Assembly: GCA_963724665.1 (NCBI GenBank)
Contig: CAVRVH010000008.1
Location: 145,648 to 209,647 of the forward strand
Length of the DNA: 64,000 nucleotides
Direction: 5' to 3'
Source: an uncultured Solirubrobacterales bacterium
GTDB lineage: Bacteria > Actinomycetota > Thermoleophilia > Solirubrobacterales > 70-9
Shown here: positions 27,388-36,944 of the stretch, in pieces
How the letters are laid out: every line of letters starts with the position of its first letter
How positions within the stretch are numbered: position 1 is the stretch's first letter
Program-made: the position numbers and the translations under genes
The notes under the pieces: model-generated
Database searches by the model: none
The model's input: the letters and a program-made list of their open reading frames with translations, nothing else
What the model was told of the DNA's origin: nothing

Positions 27388-28346
27388 GCCGCGGCGAGCA
27401 TCGCCGGGTCGAGGCCCATCGCCGCGAGCTTCTTCGAGAGCGACTTCGCCGCGTACTCGAAGATCTCCGACGAGTGGTAGAAGGGCGTCTGGAAGTTGTA
27501 CGGGTCCTCCACCCACGGCGGGACGAAGACCAGGGTGGCGACGGGCAGACACTCCTTGAGCGTGTCCTCGATGATCTTCGCGTTCGCCTGGTCGTCCTTG
27601 ATCGCGTCGGCCAGGAACTTGACGCCGAATCCGACATGTCGCGACTCGTCGCGGTTGACAGCGGTGAAGCCGGCCGTGAAGCCCGGGAACCAGCCCCGCT
27701 CCCGCATCGACTTGATCATGAAGCGGGCTGCGGAGAGGGCAAGCATCCCCTCGATCACGATCATGTAGACGGTGACGCCGCGAACGAGCTTGGGGAAGTC
27801 GCTCGGGTCCTTGCGCAGATCCTCGGCGCACTCGTGGAGGATCCCGTTGAAGAGCGTCTCCCAGTCCTTGTTCACGACGTAACGCTGCTTGTCGATCATC
27901 TCGCCGAGGCTGCCGGCCTCGATGCCGAAGACCTCGCGGTAGAAGCCGTTCCAGAAGACGGTGTGCTTGGCCTCGTCGGAGATCTGCGTGGTGAGGAAGA
28001 CCTTCGCCTCGTGGGTCGGAGCCGCCAGGGCGAAGGGGAGCAGCTCCAGCGTGACGCGCTCCTCGCCGAGGAAGAACTCGGAGAAGCCGAACTCCAGAAA
28101 CCGCCGCTCGTCGTCGGTGAACATGTCCGGGTCGGCCCACTGCTTCTTGTCCTCCTCGAAGGAGAAGTCCTCGGTCGACCAGTGCTGGCGCTGCCAGCGC
28201 ATGAAGAGCTTCTCGTAGGAGGGAGCGGCCTCGACGATCTTGTCGAGTCCCGACATCACCTTGTCGATGTCGCCGTCCAGCAGGACGGAAAGGGCCTCGT
28301 CCTCGGTGTGCAGTTCTCCGTTGGTCGTGGCGGTGGCGTCGGTCAT
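27384..28346 (-). CDS. Ribonucleotide-reductase-R2-like ferritin-fold di-metal protein (R2lox-like)
   Basis: ATG 28346 follows GGAGGAGAGAG. The metal ligands are GEERV, SDEAKH, VIEGM and RDESRH. The position 4 residues after the first ExxH is Trp rather than the radical Tyr. Confidence 0.8.
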   Translation of the reverse strand: MTDATATTNGELHTEDEALSVLLDGDIDKVMSGLDKIVEAAPSYEKLFMRWQRQHWSTEDFSFEEDKKQWADPDMFTDDERRFLEFGFSEFFLGEERVTLELLPFALAAPTHEAKVFLTTQISDEAKHTVFWNGFYREVFGIEAGSLGEMIDKQRYVVNKDWETLFNGILHECAEDLRKDPSDFPKLVRGVTVYMIVIEGMLALSAARFMIKSMRERGWFPGFTAGFTAVNRDESRHVGFGVKFLADAIKDDQANAKIIEDTLKECLPVATLVFVPPWVEDPYNFQTPFYHSSEIFEYAAKSLSKKLAAMGLDPAMLAAA

Positions 28347-28385
28347 CTCTCTCCTCCGGGTGGGTTGATGCGGGGCGGCAGCATT

Positions 28386-28407
28386 ATTTACCTGCTGGTC
28401 AGTAAAT
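28386..28407. promoter_or_regulatory. AT-rich imperfect inverted repeat ATTTACcTG-CTGGT-CAGTAAAT between the R2lox-TetR operon and glyA; candidate TetR operator
   Basis: Read directly. The arms are ATTTAC and GTAAAT. It contains CTGGTCAGT (28395-28403), identical to 7018-7026. Confidence 0.35.
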
Positions 28408-28456
28408 GTCAAGGCCCGATTTGCCCGGCCGTCCCTGGATGTATCGTCACGAGCCT

Positions 28457-29737
28457 ATGAGCGACCTCCCCGACGACTTCCAGACCGCGCACCTCGCCGA
28501 GGTGGACCCCGACATCCAGCGGGTCCTCGACCGCGAGCTCGCTCGCCAGCAGGGCACGCTCGAGATGATCGCCTCCGAGAACTTCGTTCCTCAGGCCGTG
28601 CTCGACGCAGCCGGCTCCGTGCTCACCAACAAGTACGCCGAGGGCTATCCGGGCAAGCGCTACTACGGCGGCTGCGAGGAGGTCGACGTCGCCGAGCAGC
28701 TCGCCATCGACCGCGCCAAGGAGGTGTTCGGCGCCGAGCACGTCAACGCCCAGCCCCATTCCGGCGCCCAGGCCAACAACGCCGCCTACATGGCCATGAT
28801 CGACCCGGGCGACACGATCATGGGGATGGCGCTCGACCACGGCGGCCACCTCACCCACGGGATGAAGCTGAACGTCTCGGGCAAGCTCTACAAGGTCGTC
28901 GCCTACCACGTGCGCCGCGAGGACAAGCTCGTCGACATGGACGAGGTGGCGCAGCTTGCCGAGGAGCACAAGCCCAAGGTGATCGTCGCCGGCTGGTCCG
29001 CTTACCCGCGCCAGCTCGACTTCCCCGCCTTCCGCCAGATCGCCGACTCGATCGGAGCGAAGCTGATGGTCGACATGGCGCACTTCGCCGGCCTGGTGGC
29101 GGCCGGGGAACACCCGAACCCGGTCGAGCACGCCGACGTCGTCACCACCACGATCCACAAGACCCTCTGCGGTCCCCGCAGCGGGATGATCCTCTGCAAG
29201 GAGGAACTCGCGGCCGACATCAACCGCGCGGTTTTCCCGGGCCAGCAGGGCGGCCCGCTCATGCACATCATCGCCGCAAAGGCCGTGGCCCTGAAGATCG
29301 CTCAGAGCGACCAGTTCAAGCAGCGCCAGCGCCAGACGATCGCCAACGCCCAGGCCTTCGCCGATGAGCTGTTCACCGGCGGCATCGACGTGCTGACCGG
29401 CGGAACCGACGTGCACCTGGTGCTCGTCGACCTCACCAACACCGGCCTCGACGGCAAGACCGCCGAGGACCGCCTCGAGGAGGTCGGCATCACCGTGAAC
29501 CGCAACGCGATCCCCTTCGACGAGCGCCCGCCGATGAATCCCTCCGGCCTGCGGATCGGGACCCCGGCGCTGACGACACGCGGCCTGGGTGAGGACGACC
29601 TGCGCGAGATCGCCAAGGTGATCGTCGCGGCACTCGGTGAGGACTTCGAGTCGCAGAAGGAATCTCTCCTGGAGCGGTCGCGTGCCCTGATGGAGCGCTA
29701 TCCCCTCTATCCGCAGCTCTCAGCCGCAGCGGTCTAG
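28457..29737 (+). CDS. glyA: Serine hydroxymethyltransferase
   Basis: [20 protein letters not shown] and the PLP-lysine motif [14 protein letters not shown] are present. ATG 28457 is preferred over the ORF start at 28406. Confidence 0.96.
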   Translation: MSDLPDDFQTAHLAEVDPDIQRVLDRELARQQGTLEMIASENFVPQAVLDAAGSVLTNKYAEGYPGKRYYGGCEEVDVAEQLAIDRAKEVFGAEHVNAQPHSGAQANNAAYMAMIDPGDTIMGMALDHGGHLTHGMKLNVSGKLYKVVAYHVRREDKLVDMDEVAQLAEEHKPKVIVAGWSAYPRQLDFPAFRQIADSIGAKLMVDMAHFAGLVAAGEHPNPVEHADVVTTTIHKTLCGPRSGMILCKEELAADINRAVFPGQQGGPLMHIIAAKAVALKIAQSDQFKQRQRQTIANAQAFADELFTGGIDVLTGGTDVHLVLVDLTNTGLDGKTAEDRLEEVGITVNRNAIPFDERPPMNPSGLRIGTPALTTRGLGEDDLREIAKVIVAALGEDFESQKESLLERSRALMERYPLYPQLSAAAV

Positions 29738-29743
29738 ACAGGC

Positions 29744-30769
29744 TTGAAGATCTGGGCCGACATGAGCGGGCCGGCGCACGTGCTCGTGCTCCGGCCGATC
29801 ATCGAGCGACTGCGCGCGCAGGGCCACGAGGTTCTGGTCACGGCGCGCGTCTACACGCAGACCCTCGAGCTCCTCGACCTGCATGGGATGGAGTACACGC
29901 TGATCGGCAAGCACGGCGGAGCTTCGCGCGTTCGCAAGCTGATGCGGCTGATCCAGCGAACCAGCGGGATGCGCCGGTTCGGCAAGGGTGCGGGCTTCGA
30001 CCTCTCGATCGCCCACGGGTCAAACGACATCGCGATCGCGTCGCGAATGCTCGGCATCCCCGAGGCGAACATGCACGACTACGAGTTCGCGGTCGCGCAG
30101 CACCAGGTCGGCTGCCGGCTCGCTAAGCGCGTGATCTTCCCCGACTCGGTGCCACCCGAGCGGCTGAAGCGATTCGGCGTCGGGCCCGACAAGCTCTTCC
30201 AGTACCCCGGGATCAAGGAGGAGTACTACCTGTCCGACTTCAAGCCCGACCCGGACGCTCTCGAGAAGCTGGGCGTGGACACCGACCGCGTCGTGGTCGT
30301 CTTCCGCCCGCCTCCCGATGTCTCGCTGTATCACCGCCGCTCGAATCCGCTGTTCCCGCAGGTGCTGGCGCGAGTAGGCTCTGACCCCGGTGTCCACGCG
30401 GTCGTACTGCCGCGTACCCAGGAGCAGCGGACCTACGTGAAGGAGCTCGCCCTGCCCTCCCTGATCGTCCCCGATCACGCCGTGGAGGCTCAGAGCCTCG
30501 TTGCGCTGGCGGACCTCGTCATCTCGGCGGGTGGAAGCATGAACAGAGAGGCGGTCGCGCTGGGCACTCCCGTCTACACCACGTATGGCGGCCGGCTCGG
30601 AGGAGTGGACGAGGCGCTGATCCGATCGAACAAGCTTCGCCCTCTGACCGACCCGCGTGCCCTGGAGCTGGTCAAGAAGACCGGTCAGGGCGAGCGGACC
30701 CGCCGCGATCCTCAGCTGCTCGTCGACCTGATGCTCGGGGCAGCGGAGCCGAATGGCGACTCAGACTGA
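29744..30769 (+). CDS. DUF354-family protein (glycosyltransferase-like fold)
   Basis: 341 aa beginning MKIWADMSGPAHVLVLRPIIERLRAQGHEVLVTAR, with ISAGGSMNREAVALGTPV further in. These are recalled as typical of DUF354. Confidence 0.7.
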   Translation: MKIWADMSGPAHVLVLRPIIERLRAQGHEVLVTARVYTQTLELLDLHGMEYTLIGKHGGASRVRKLMRLIQRTSGMRRFGKGAGFDLSIAHGSNDIAIASRMLGIPEANMHDYEFAVAQHQVGCRLAKRVIFPDSVPPERLKRFGVGPDKLFQYPGIKEEYYLSDFKPDPDALEKLGVDTDRVVVVFRPPPDVSLYHRRSNPLFPQVLARVGSDPGVHAVVLPRTQEQRTYVKELALPSLIVPDHAVEAQSLVALADLVISAGGSMNREAVALGTPVYTTYGGRLGGVDEALIRSNKLRPLTDPRALELVKKTGQGERTRRDPQLLVDLMLGAAEPNGDSD

Positions 30770-31430
30770 GCAGCCGAGCACCGTCGCCGAGCAGGTCTCG
30801 GTCACGGCGTCCCAGATGTATGCGCCGAGACGCGTCGACGTCGTGTTGCGCGGGCTCGACCTGCTGATCGCCGGCTCGGCCTTGATCGTGCTCTCGCCGC
30901 TGCTCGGCCTGCTTGCGCTGGCGACGCTGATCACCTCCGGCACGCCGGTTCTCTACCGGGGCGACCGCGTCGGCCGGGCGGGCCACGTCTTCACGATGTA
31001 CAAGCTCCGCACGCTGCGGCCGGGGGCGGAGGACCGGCTCGGCAACACCTATGGCGAAGAGCTCACCCGCCGCACGGAGGAGGAGGTGACGCTCGTCGGC
31101 AAGGCAGCGCGCCTCACCCACATCGACGAGGTGCCGCAGCTCTTCAACGTGGTCCGCGGCGACATGAGCATGGTGGGCCCGCGCCCGGTTCGGCCGGCCT
31201 TCTTCAACCGCCTCTGCGAGGAGATCCCGACCTACTGGCAGCGACTCGTGGTGCGACCTGGAGTTACCGGCTTCGCCCAGACCAGGATCACGCGCGAGGA
31301 CTCCTGGGAGGACAAGCTGATCCACGACCTCGAGTACATCGCCGACCGCTCGATCCGGCTCTACCTGCGCGTGCTCGGGGCCACGATCGCCCGGATCACG
31401 TCGCTTACGGTGCGCGGCCGAGCCCGTTAG
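30753..31430 (+). CDS. Polyprenyl-phosphate sugar-1-phosphate transferase (bacterial sugar transferase family)
   Basis: One N-terminal TM, then YKLRTL, DEVPQLFNVVRGDMSMVGPRP and RPGVTGFAQ. Confidence 0.85.
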   Translation: MATQTEQPSTVAEQVSVTASQMYAPRRVDVVLRGLDLLIAGSALIVLSPLLGLLALATLITSGTPVLYRGDRVGRAGHVFTMYKLRTLRPGAEDRLGNTYGEELTRRTEEEVTLVGKAARLTHIDEVPQLFNVVRGDMSMVGPRPVRPAFFNRLCEEIPTYWQRLVVRPGVTGFAQTRITREDSWEDKLIHDLEYIADRSIRLYLRVLGATIARITSLTVRGRAR

Positions 31431-31477
31431 GCGGGCAAGCCCCGGCCGGATCCTGGACGCTCTCTAGACTCGCCGCC

Positions 31478-33409
31478 ATGTGCGGGATATGCGGTCTCGT
31501 CAGCCTGGACGGGGCCACACCCCCGGATCCCGCGGCCCTCGCCGCGATGAACGAGACGCTGGTCCACCGCGGCCCCGACTCCGACGGGAGCATCATCGTC
31601 GGCCCGTGCGGCCTCGCCATGCGCCGCCTCTCGATCATCGACCTTGCCGGTGGCGACCAGCCGATCGCCAACGAGGACGGGCGCATCCAGGTGATCCAGA
31701 ACGGCGAGATCTACAACTACCGCGAGCTGATGGACGACCTCCGGGGGCGCGGGCACACCTTCTCGAGCCACAGCGACACCGAGGTCCTGGTTCACATGTA
31801 TGAAGAGCGCGGGCCATCCTTCGTCGAGGCGCTGCGCGGGATGTTCGCGATCGCCATCTGGGACGCTCGCCACGGCCGCCTGGTTCTCGCCCGGGACAGG
31901 TTCGGGATCAAGCCGCTCTACTACCGCGTCGCGGCCGGCCAGCTCTCATTCGCCTCGGAGCTCAAGGCCCTGCTCCGCCAGCCCGGGTTCTCGCGCGAGA
32001 TCGACCCGGAGGCGCTCGAGTCGTTCCTCGCCTTCAACTCGATCCCCTCGCCGCTGACGATCTTCAAGGAGGCCCGCAAGCTGCCACCGGGCCACACCCT
32101 CGTGGCGGAAAGGGGGGAGATCACCCTCAAGCGATACGCCCGGCCGACGCCGGTTCCGGCCGGCGAGGTGCGCACGGAGAGCGACGACGTGCTCGCCGAG
32201 GAGCTGCGTGAGCGCCTTCGCGACTCGGTTCGCGCCCACCTGGTCTCGGACGTCCCGGTCGGCGTGCTGCTCTCGGGCGGCGTCGACTCCGCCGCCCTGA
32301 CCGCGATGGCGGCTGGGGAGAGTGGCTACCGGGTGAGCACGTTCTCGATTGGCTTCGAGGAGAGCTCCTTCGACGAGCTGGGCCAAGCGCGCCTGGTGGC
32401 GGAGCGCTACGGGACCGACCACCACGAGCTCATCCTGCGCCCGGACGCGGTCGACCTGCTGCCGAAGCTCGTAGAGGCCTTCGACGAGCCCTTCGGGGAC
32501 TCCTCGGCGCTTCCCACCTATCTGGTCTCGCAGCTGGCGGCCGACACGGTCAAGGTGGTGCTCTCCGGCGAGGGCGGCGACGAGCTCTTCGGCGGCTACT
32601 ACACCTACGTCGCCGACCGGCTCGCCCCGCGCGTCGGCAGGGCGGCGCCGTTCCTGCGGCCGCTGGTCGAGCTGCTGCCGAGCTCCTCGGGGAAGGCGAG
32701 CTTCGACTACAAGGCCAAGCGCTTCATGCGCGGGGCGCACCTGCCGCCGGTCGAGCGCCACCATGCGTGGAAGGAGATCTTCTCGCCCGAGGCCCAGGAG
32801 GAGCTGCTCAGCGAGTCGCGCATCTCGGATCCGCTCGATCTCTACCGCGCCCGCTACGCCGAGACCGAGGACGCCCAGGAGCTTGCACGCCTTCAGGACC
32901 TCGACCTGGGTATCTACCTGGTCGACGACCTGCTGGTGAAGACCGATCGCGCGAGCATGGCGCATTCGCTGGAGGCCCGGGTCCCATTCCTCGACCCGAT
33001 TGTCGCCGAGCTCGCGCTGGCGCTCGAGACCCGCCAGAAGGTCCGCGGCTTCTCCAAGAAACGGCTGCTGCGCCAGGCGGTCGAGCCACTGCTGCCGAGG
33101 GAGATCATCCGCGGTCGAAAGCAGGGCTTCTCGATCCCGGTGGCGGCCTGGCTCCGCGGCGACCTCGAGCCCTTCGCCCGGGACGTTCTCTCGGCGGAGA
33201 CGATCGAGCGACAGGGGTACCTGAACCCGGCCGCCGTGACCAGGGTGCTCGAAGATCACACCTCCGGCAAGGAGGACCTCAGCCGCCAGATCTGGGGACT
33301 GCTCAATTTCACCCTCTGGTACGACCGTTACGCCCGTGAGCCGGCAGGGGCCGGAGCTGGGATAACTCGCGTAGCCCGCGGAAGCGAAGCTGGGCAGGCG
33401 GAGCGTTGA
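31478..33409 (+). CDS. asnB: Asparagine synthase (glutamine-hydrolysing)-family amidotransferase
   Basis: MCGICG N-terminal nucleophile, the PP-loop LLSGGVDSAALTA and 643 aa in length. Confidence 0.88.
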   Translation: MCGICGLVSLDGATPPDPAALAAMNETLVHRGPDSDGSIIVGPCGLAMRRLSIIDLAGGDQPIANEDGRIQVIQNGEIYNYRELMDDLRGRGHTFSSHSDTEVLVHMYEERGPSFVEALRGMFAIAIWDARHGRLVLARDRFGIKPLYYRVAAGQLSFASELKALLRQPGFSREIDPEALESFLAFNSIPSPLTIFKEARKLPPGHTLVAERGEITLKRYARPTPVPAGEVRTESDDVLAEELRERLRDSVRAHLVSDVPVGVLLSGGVDSAALTAMAAGESGYRVSTFSIGFEESSFDELGQARLVAERYGTDHHELILRPDAVDLLPKLVEAFDEPFGDSSALPTYLVSQLAADTVKVVLSGEGGDELFGGYYTYVADRLAPRVGRAAPFLRPLVELLPSSSGKASFDYKAKRFMRGAHLPPVERHHAWKEIFSPEAQEELLSESRISDPLDLYRARYAETEDAQELARLQDLDLGIYLVDDLLVKTDRASMAHSLEARVPFLDPIVAELALALETRQKVRGFSKKRLLRQAVEPLLPREIIRGRKQGFSIPVAAWLRGDLEPFARDVLSAETIERQGYLNPAAVTRVLEDHTSGKEDLSRQIWGLLNFTLWYDRYAREPAGAGAGITRVARGSEAGQAER

Positions 33410-33414
33410 TGTAG

Positions 33415-34762
33415 ATGCCGGACACGATCGACGCCCTGTTCGCGTTCATCTTCGCCGGAGCGGCCGTCTGGACCCTGGTGCCGGCGACCGAGTCGCTGGC
33501 GCGGCGGATCGGCGATCGCGCAATCGACTTCCCCAACGAGCGCAGCCTGCACGAGTTCCCGACCCCGAAGCTGGGAGGGCTCGCCGTGCTCGTGGCGGTC
33601 CTGATCGGGGGCACCATCTTCCTGCCCTGGGATCAGGAGACCCGCTCGATCCTCGCCGGCGCGATCGTGATCACCGCGGTCGGGGTGATCGATGACCTCG
33701 TCGACCTGCCGGCCGGAATCAAGCTGCTCGGCCAGACCGGGGCGGCGATCATCCCGGTCGCCTCCGGGGTGACGGTGAACACCTTCACGCTGCCATTCCT
33801 CGGCCGGATCGATCCGTCGTCGGTCGAGCTCTTCAATCCGCCGGGCATCGGCGCGATCGATCTCGGCCAGGTGCTGACCGTGGTCGGGATCGTCGCCGTC
33901 GCCAACGTCATCAACCTGATCGACGGGGTGGATGGCCTGGCGGCCGGGGTCTGCCTGATCTCGGCCAGCTGCCCTGGCGGTGATCGCGCTCTCGCTGGAC
34001 CGCAACGCCGCGGGGGTACTGGCCGCCGTGACCGCCGGCGCTTCTCTCGGCTTCCTGCGCCACGGCTTCCCGCCGGCCTCCAGCTTCATGGGGGACACCG
34101 GATCGAACCTCCTCGGATACCTGATGGCGGTGATCACCGTCCAGGGCGCGTTGAAAACGAATGCCGTGGTTGCCCTCTTCTTCCCGTTGGCGGTCCTGGC
34201 CGTTCCGATCCTGGATACGAGCTTCGTGGTGGCCAAGCGGCTCAAGTACCGCCGGCCGATCTACCGAGCCGACACCGAGCACTTCCATCACCGGATGGCT
34301 CGCATCGGGTTCAGCCAGCGGCGCACCATCGCCTACCTCTACGGCTGGACGCTGATCCTCGCCGCCGTCGCGCTTGCGCTGCGCTTCGTCCCCTATAGCG
34401 ACAACCACGGGCACTTCGACGCTTTCTGGACCACCTTCATGGCGCTCTGCCTGGCGGGTGCGCTCGCGGCGAGCATCTACGTGATCAGCGTCCTCGAGAT
34501 CCTCAAGCTGCGGCGTGTCCGCTGGCGCCAGCTCGTCGGGCTTCGCGGGCCCGCCGCTGCGCCGGACGAGGCCGAGGTCGATGCCGCGGTCCAACACGAG
34601 CTCGACACGGGCACCTTCCAGGCCGTGGACCCGGCGACCGGGGAGATGGCGGCGATCGACCCGGACACCGGCGAGATCGAGGCCGTCGCGCCTCAGCCCG
34701 AGGTCACGCCGGGCCCACCGCCTGAGCAACCTGCTCGCGCCCCCGGTAGACGCGACTCATGA
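33415..34762 (+). CDS. wecA: Polyprenyl-phosphate GlcNAc-1-phosphate transferase (MraY/WecA GT4 family), frameshifted at ~33967
   Basis: VGVIDDLVDL and NVINLIDGVDGLAAG lie in frame 1. FMGDTGSNLLGYL and HFHHRM lie in frame 2. The extra base is 'a' at 33967 (SA|AALAVIAL). The position before atpI/atpB matches actinobacterial rfe/wecA synteny. Confidence 0.8.
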
Positions 34763-35216
34763 TCGTCCCCTGGCGGACGCCGAGCGCCCGAGCGGCCTCG
34801 GTGTAGCTCAACCCCGCGACGTCCACGGCGGTGACCGCTTCGCGATAGGGCTGAGGCAGGTCGGCCAGGGCATCGAGCACCGCGCCGGCTTCGAGCGAGG
34901 ACTCAGGGTCGCCGGCGGAGGTTCGGGCCGGCAGATCGTCGGGTGACAGCTCGCCTGAAACGGTGGCCTCACGCCGGGTCCGCTCGCCTCGGAGGTGGCT
35001 GTACCAGGTGTTCCGGAGGGCCTTGATCAGGTAGCCGAGGTCATCGTCACGGCGCAGGAACCGGGGACGGGCGAGGACCTTGACGTAAGTCTCCTGCACC
35101 AGGTCCTCGGCGAGCTGGCGCGACCCGCACAGCGCGCAGGCCGCTCGAAAGAGCGTGTCGATGTGGTCGCCGGCGGTCTCGGGGTCCAGCCGGCGCTGCT
35201 CCCCCTGGACGAGCAT
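34704..35216 (-). CDS. ECF sigma factor
   Basis: 170 aa from ATG 35216, with DLVQETYVKVLARP (region 2) and LPQPYREAVTAVDVAGLSYTEAARALGVRQGTIMSRVYRG (region 4). Confidence 0.85.
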   Translation of the reverse strand: MLVQGEQRRLDPETAGDHIDTLFRAACALCGSRQLAEDLVQETYVKVLARPRFLRRDDDLGYLIKALRNTWYSHLRGERTRREATVSGELSPDDLPARTSAGDPESSLEAGAVLDALADLPQPYREAVTAVDVAGLSYTEAARALGVRQGTIMSRVYRGREQVAQAVGPA

Positions 35217-35221
35217 CGCGT

Positions 35222-36010
35222 TCAGAACGACACCGCCCCGTCGCCCTTCCAGGTGGCGAGCTTGATCAGCTCGTGGTCCCCGATGTCTGCGCTCGACAGC
35301 ACGCAGGTGCGGCCATCGCGCCACCAGGTGACCACCCGGCGCCCTCCGTTGGCCAGCGAATGGAGGTGGACGCCGTTTCTCGTGGCCGGGCGGGATCCGT
35401 CGGGCGCCGGAATCCCGTGGCCCGAGACGATCGTGTAGGCGACGCGCTTTCCGCCGTGCTCGTAGAAGACTGTCCGGGCGGTTCGGCCGTCGAGCGTGTC
35501 CGATCGGTTCCCTGCCTGGCGCCAGCCGAACTGCCCGCTCCAGTTCGGGAACGGCACCCCCTCGACGTCCGCGCTGAGCAGCTTCGGGTGGGAGGAGTCG
35601 ACTCCGACTGATCCCACGGCCGGGCGTTCCGAGAGCCGGGCAGCTTCCACGACCGTCGGGCTTCCGCCACCAGACGGCACGACCAGCACGGCGGCCAGCG
35701 CCGCCGCGGCAACGGCGCCGGCCAGGGCTCCGGCGATCGCGAAGCGGCGCCTTCTGAGGGGCCGTGGCGGTGGGGAGGCGGTCGCGGCGGCGATGCGACC
35801 GCGCAGGGCTGGGCTCGCCTGCAGATCCAACCCACGCAGGGCCGTGGCGGCCACCCGCTGGCGAACGAGCGCCTCCTGCAGGATGGGTGAGGAGGCGACC
35901 CTCGCCTCCAGCTCCGCGCGGTTCCATCCCTGGAGCGAGCCATCGGCAAGCTGGGCCAGCTGCCGAATCGTTGCCTCGTCGAGCTCTGGATGTCCGTTAT
36001 CGGGGCTCAT
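35222..36010 (-). CDS. Putative anti-sigma factor (single-pass membrane protein) encoded upstream of its sigma
   Basis: ATG 36010. It has an N-terminal helical domain, one TM (FAIAGALAGAVAAAALAAVLVV) and an extracytoplasmic domain ending CVLSSADIGDHELIKLATWK. No zf-HC2 cysteines are present. The call rests on architecture and context. Confidence 0.55.
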   Translation of the reverse strand: MSPDNGHPELDEATIRQLAQLADGSLQGWNRAELEARVASSPILQEALVRQRVAATALRGLDLQASPALRGRIAAATASPPPRPLRRRRFAIAGALAGAVAAAALAAVLVVPSGGGSPTVVEAARLSERPAVGSVGVDSSHPKLLSADVEGVPFPNWSGQFGWRQAGNRSDTLDGRTARTVFYEHGGKRVAYTIVSGHGIPAPDGSRPATRNGVHLHSLANGGRRVVTWWRDGRTCVLSSADIGDHELIKLATWKGDGAVSF

Positions 36011-36119
36011 GAATTCTCTGTTGAAGACGCGGGAGCCGCCGAAATATTCCGAGCGAGTCCCTGGAATAAATACGTGCGAACCCCGTCCTTGGGCTTGCAA
36101 TCAACCCAAGGAGTTCGAG

Positions 36120-36719
36120 ATGAAGCAGATCAAGAAGCGTTCTCTGCGCCCCACGCCGGCGCTGGTGGTGGCGTTCGTCGCACTGTTCGCCGCGATGGGC
36201 GGCTTCGGCTATGCGGCCGTGAAGTTGCAGCCGGCCAGCGTCAAGACGAAGAACATCAGGACCGGGGCGGTGACCACGGACAAGCTGGCCGATGGCGCCG
36301 TCACGACCCCGAAGTTCTCGCCCGATGCAGTGGCGCCCAACGCGATGTACGCGGCGAACGCCGCGAGACTGGGCGGCGCCGCGCCCGGGCAATGCCAGAC
36401 CGGTTGGCTCAAGGCCTCGGCGGTAATCGATACCTCGACGCTGACGGACGCCCAGCCGGACGCAGTCGTTCCCGGCTTCAACTGCGCCAGCCACACGGCT
36501 GACGCGGTGAGCATCCACAGGGATGCCGTCGGGCGATACACGGTCACCCTCACGGGCATCGACTCGGGTACCGCGATCTCGTCGAGCAGCGGCGCGAACC
36601 CGGCTAACGCCGTCACCGCCGCCTCCCCGGTCACCGGTGGTCAGGCGATCGTGAAGGTCTGGAACAACAGCGACGCCGCCTTCGTCGACGGCAAGACGTT
36701 CTCGCTGCTCGTTTTCTAA
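36120..36719 (+). CDS. Secreted/membrane-anchored hypothetical protein
   Basis: ATG follows AAGGAG. The signal anchor is MKQIKKRSLRPTPALVVAFVALFAAMGGFGYAA and GAVTT-type short repeats follow. It is divergent from the ECF module. Confidence 0.6.
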   Translation: MKQIKKRSLRPTPALVVAFVALFAAMGGFGYAAVKLQPASVKTKNIRTGAVTTDKLADGAVTTPKFSPDAVAPNAMYAANAARLGGAAPGQCQTGWLKASAVIDTSTLTDAQPDAVVPGFNCASHTADAVSIHRDAVGRYTVTLTGIDSGTAISSSSGANPANAVTAASPVTGGQAIVKVWNNSDAAFVDGKTFSLLVF

Positions 36720-36762
36720 GCCCGCCTTCGTCGGTGGCTGGACGCCGCCCGTCGAAGACAAT

Positions 36763-36805
36763 GGCCCGCGTCCCGGATCCTCTCCCGGGGCGCGGGCCCA
36801 TTTCA
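36763..36805 (+). terminator. Strong GC hairpin followed by a short T-tract
   Basis: GGCCCGCGtCCCGG-atcctctc-CCGGGgCGCGGGCC forms a 14-bp stem with one G-U pair, followed by caTTT. It sits 44 nt after the stop of 36120-36719. Confidence 0.6.
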
Positions 36806-36944
36806 GTCGCTAGGATTCGCCGCCCCTCCGGGCCAGTACCGGAGCGGAGGGTTGTTGATGCGGCCGGGGTCTCGTGGCCGCCTTGATGGTGGGGGGCCAT
36901 AAGTACATGCTCTCGTTCGACTTCAAATCATCAGATGAATCGCC

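Noticed and set aside
28347-28456. Possible ZTP (pfl) or THF riboswitch upstream of glyA.
   Set aside because: I found no match to the conserved ZTP core as I recall it (GGGUCGUGACUGGCG… / …CCGCCUGGGCA). The conspicuous feature here is a DNA-type inverted repeat, which is better explained as an operator.
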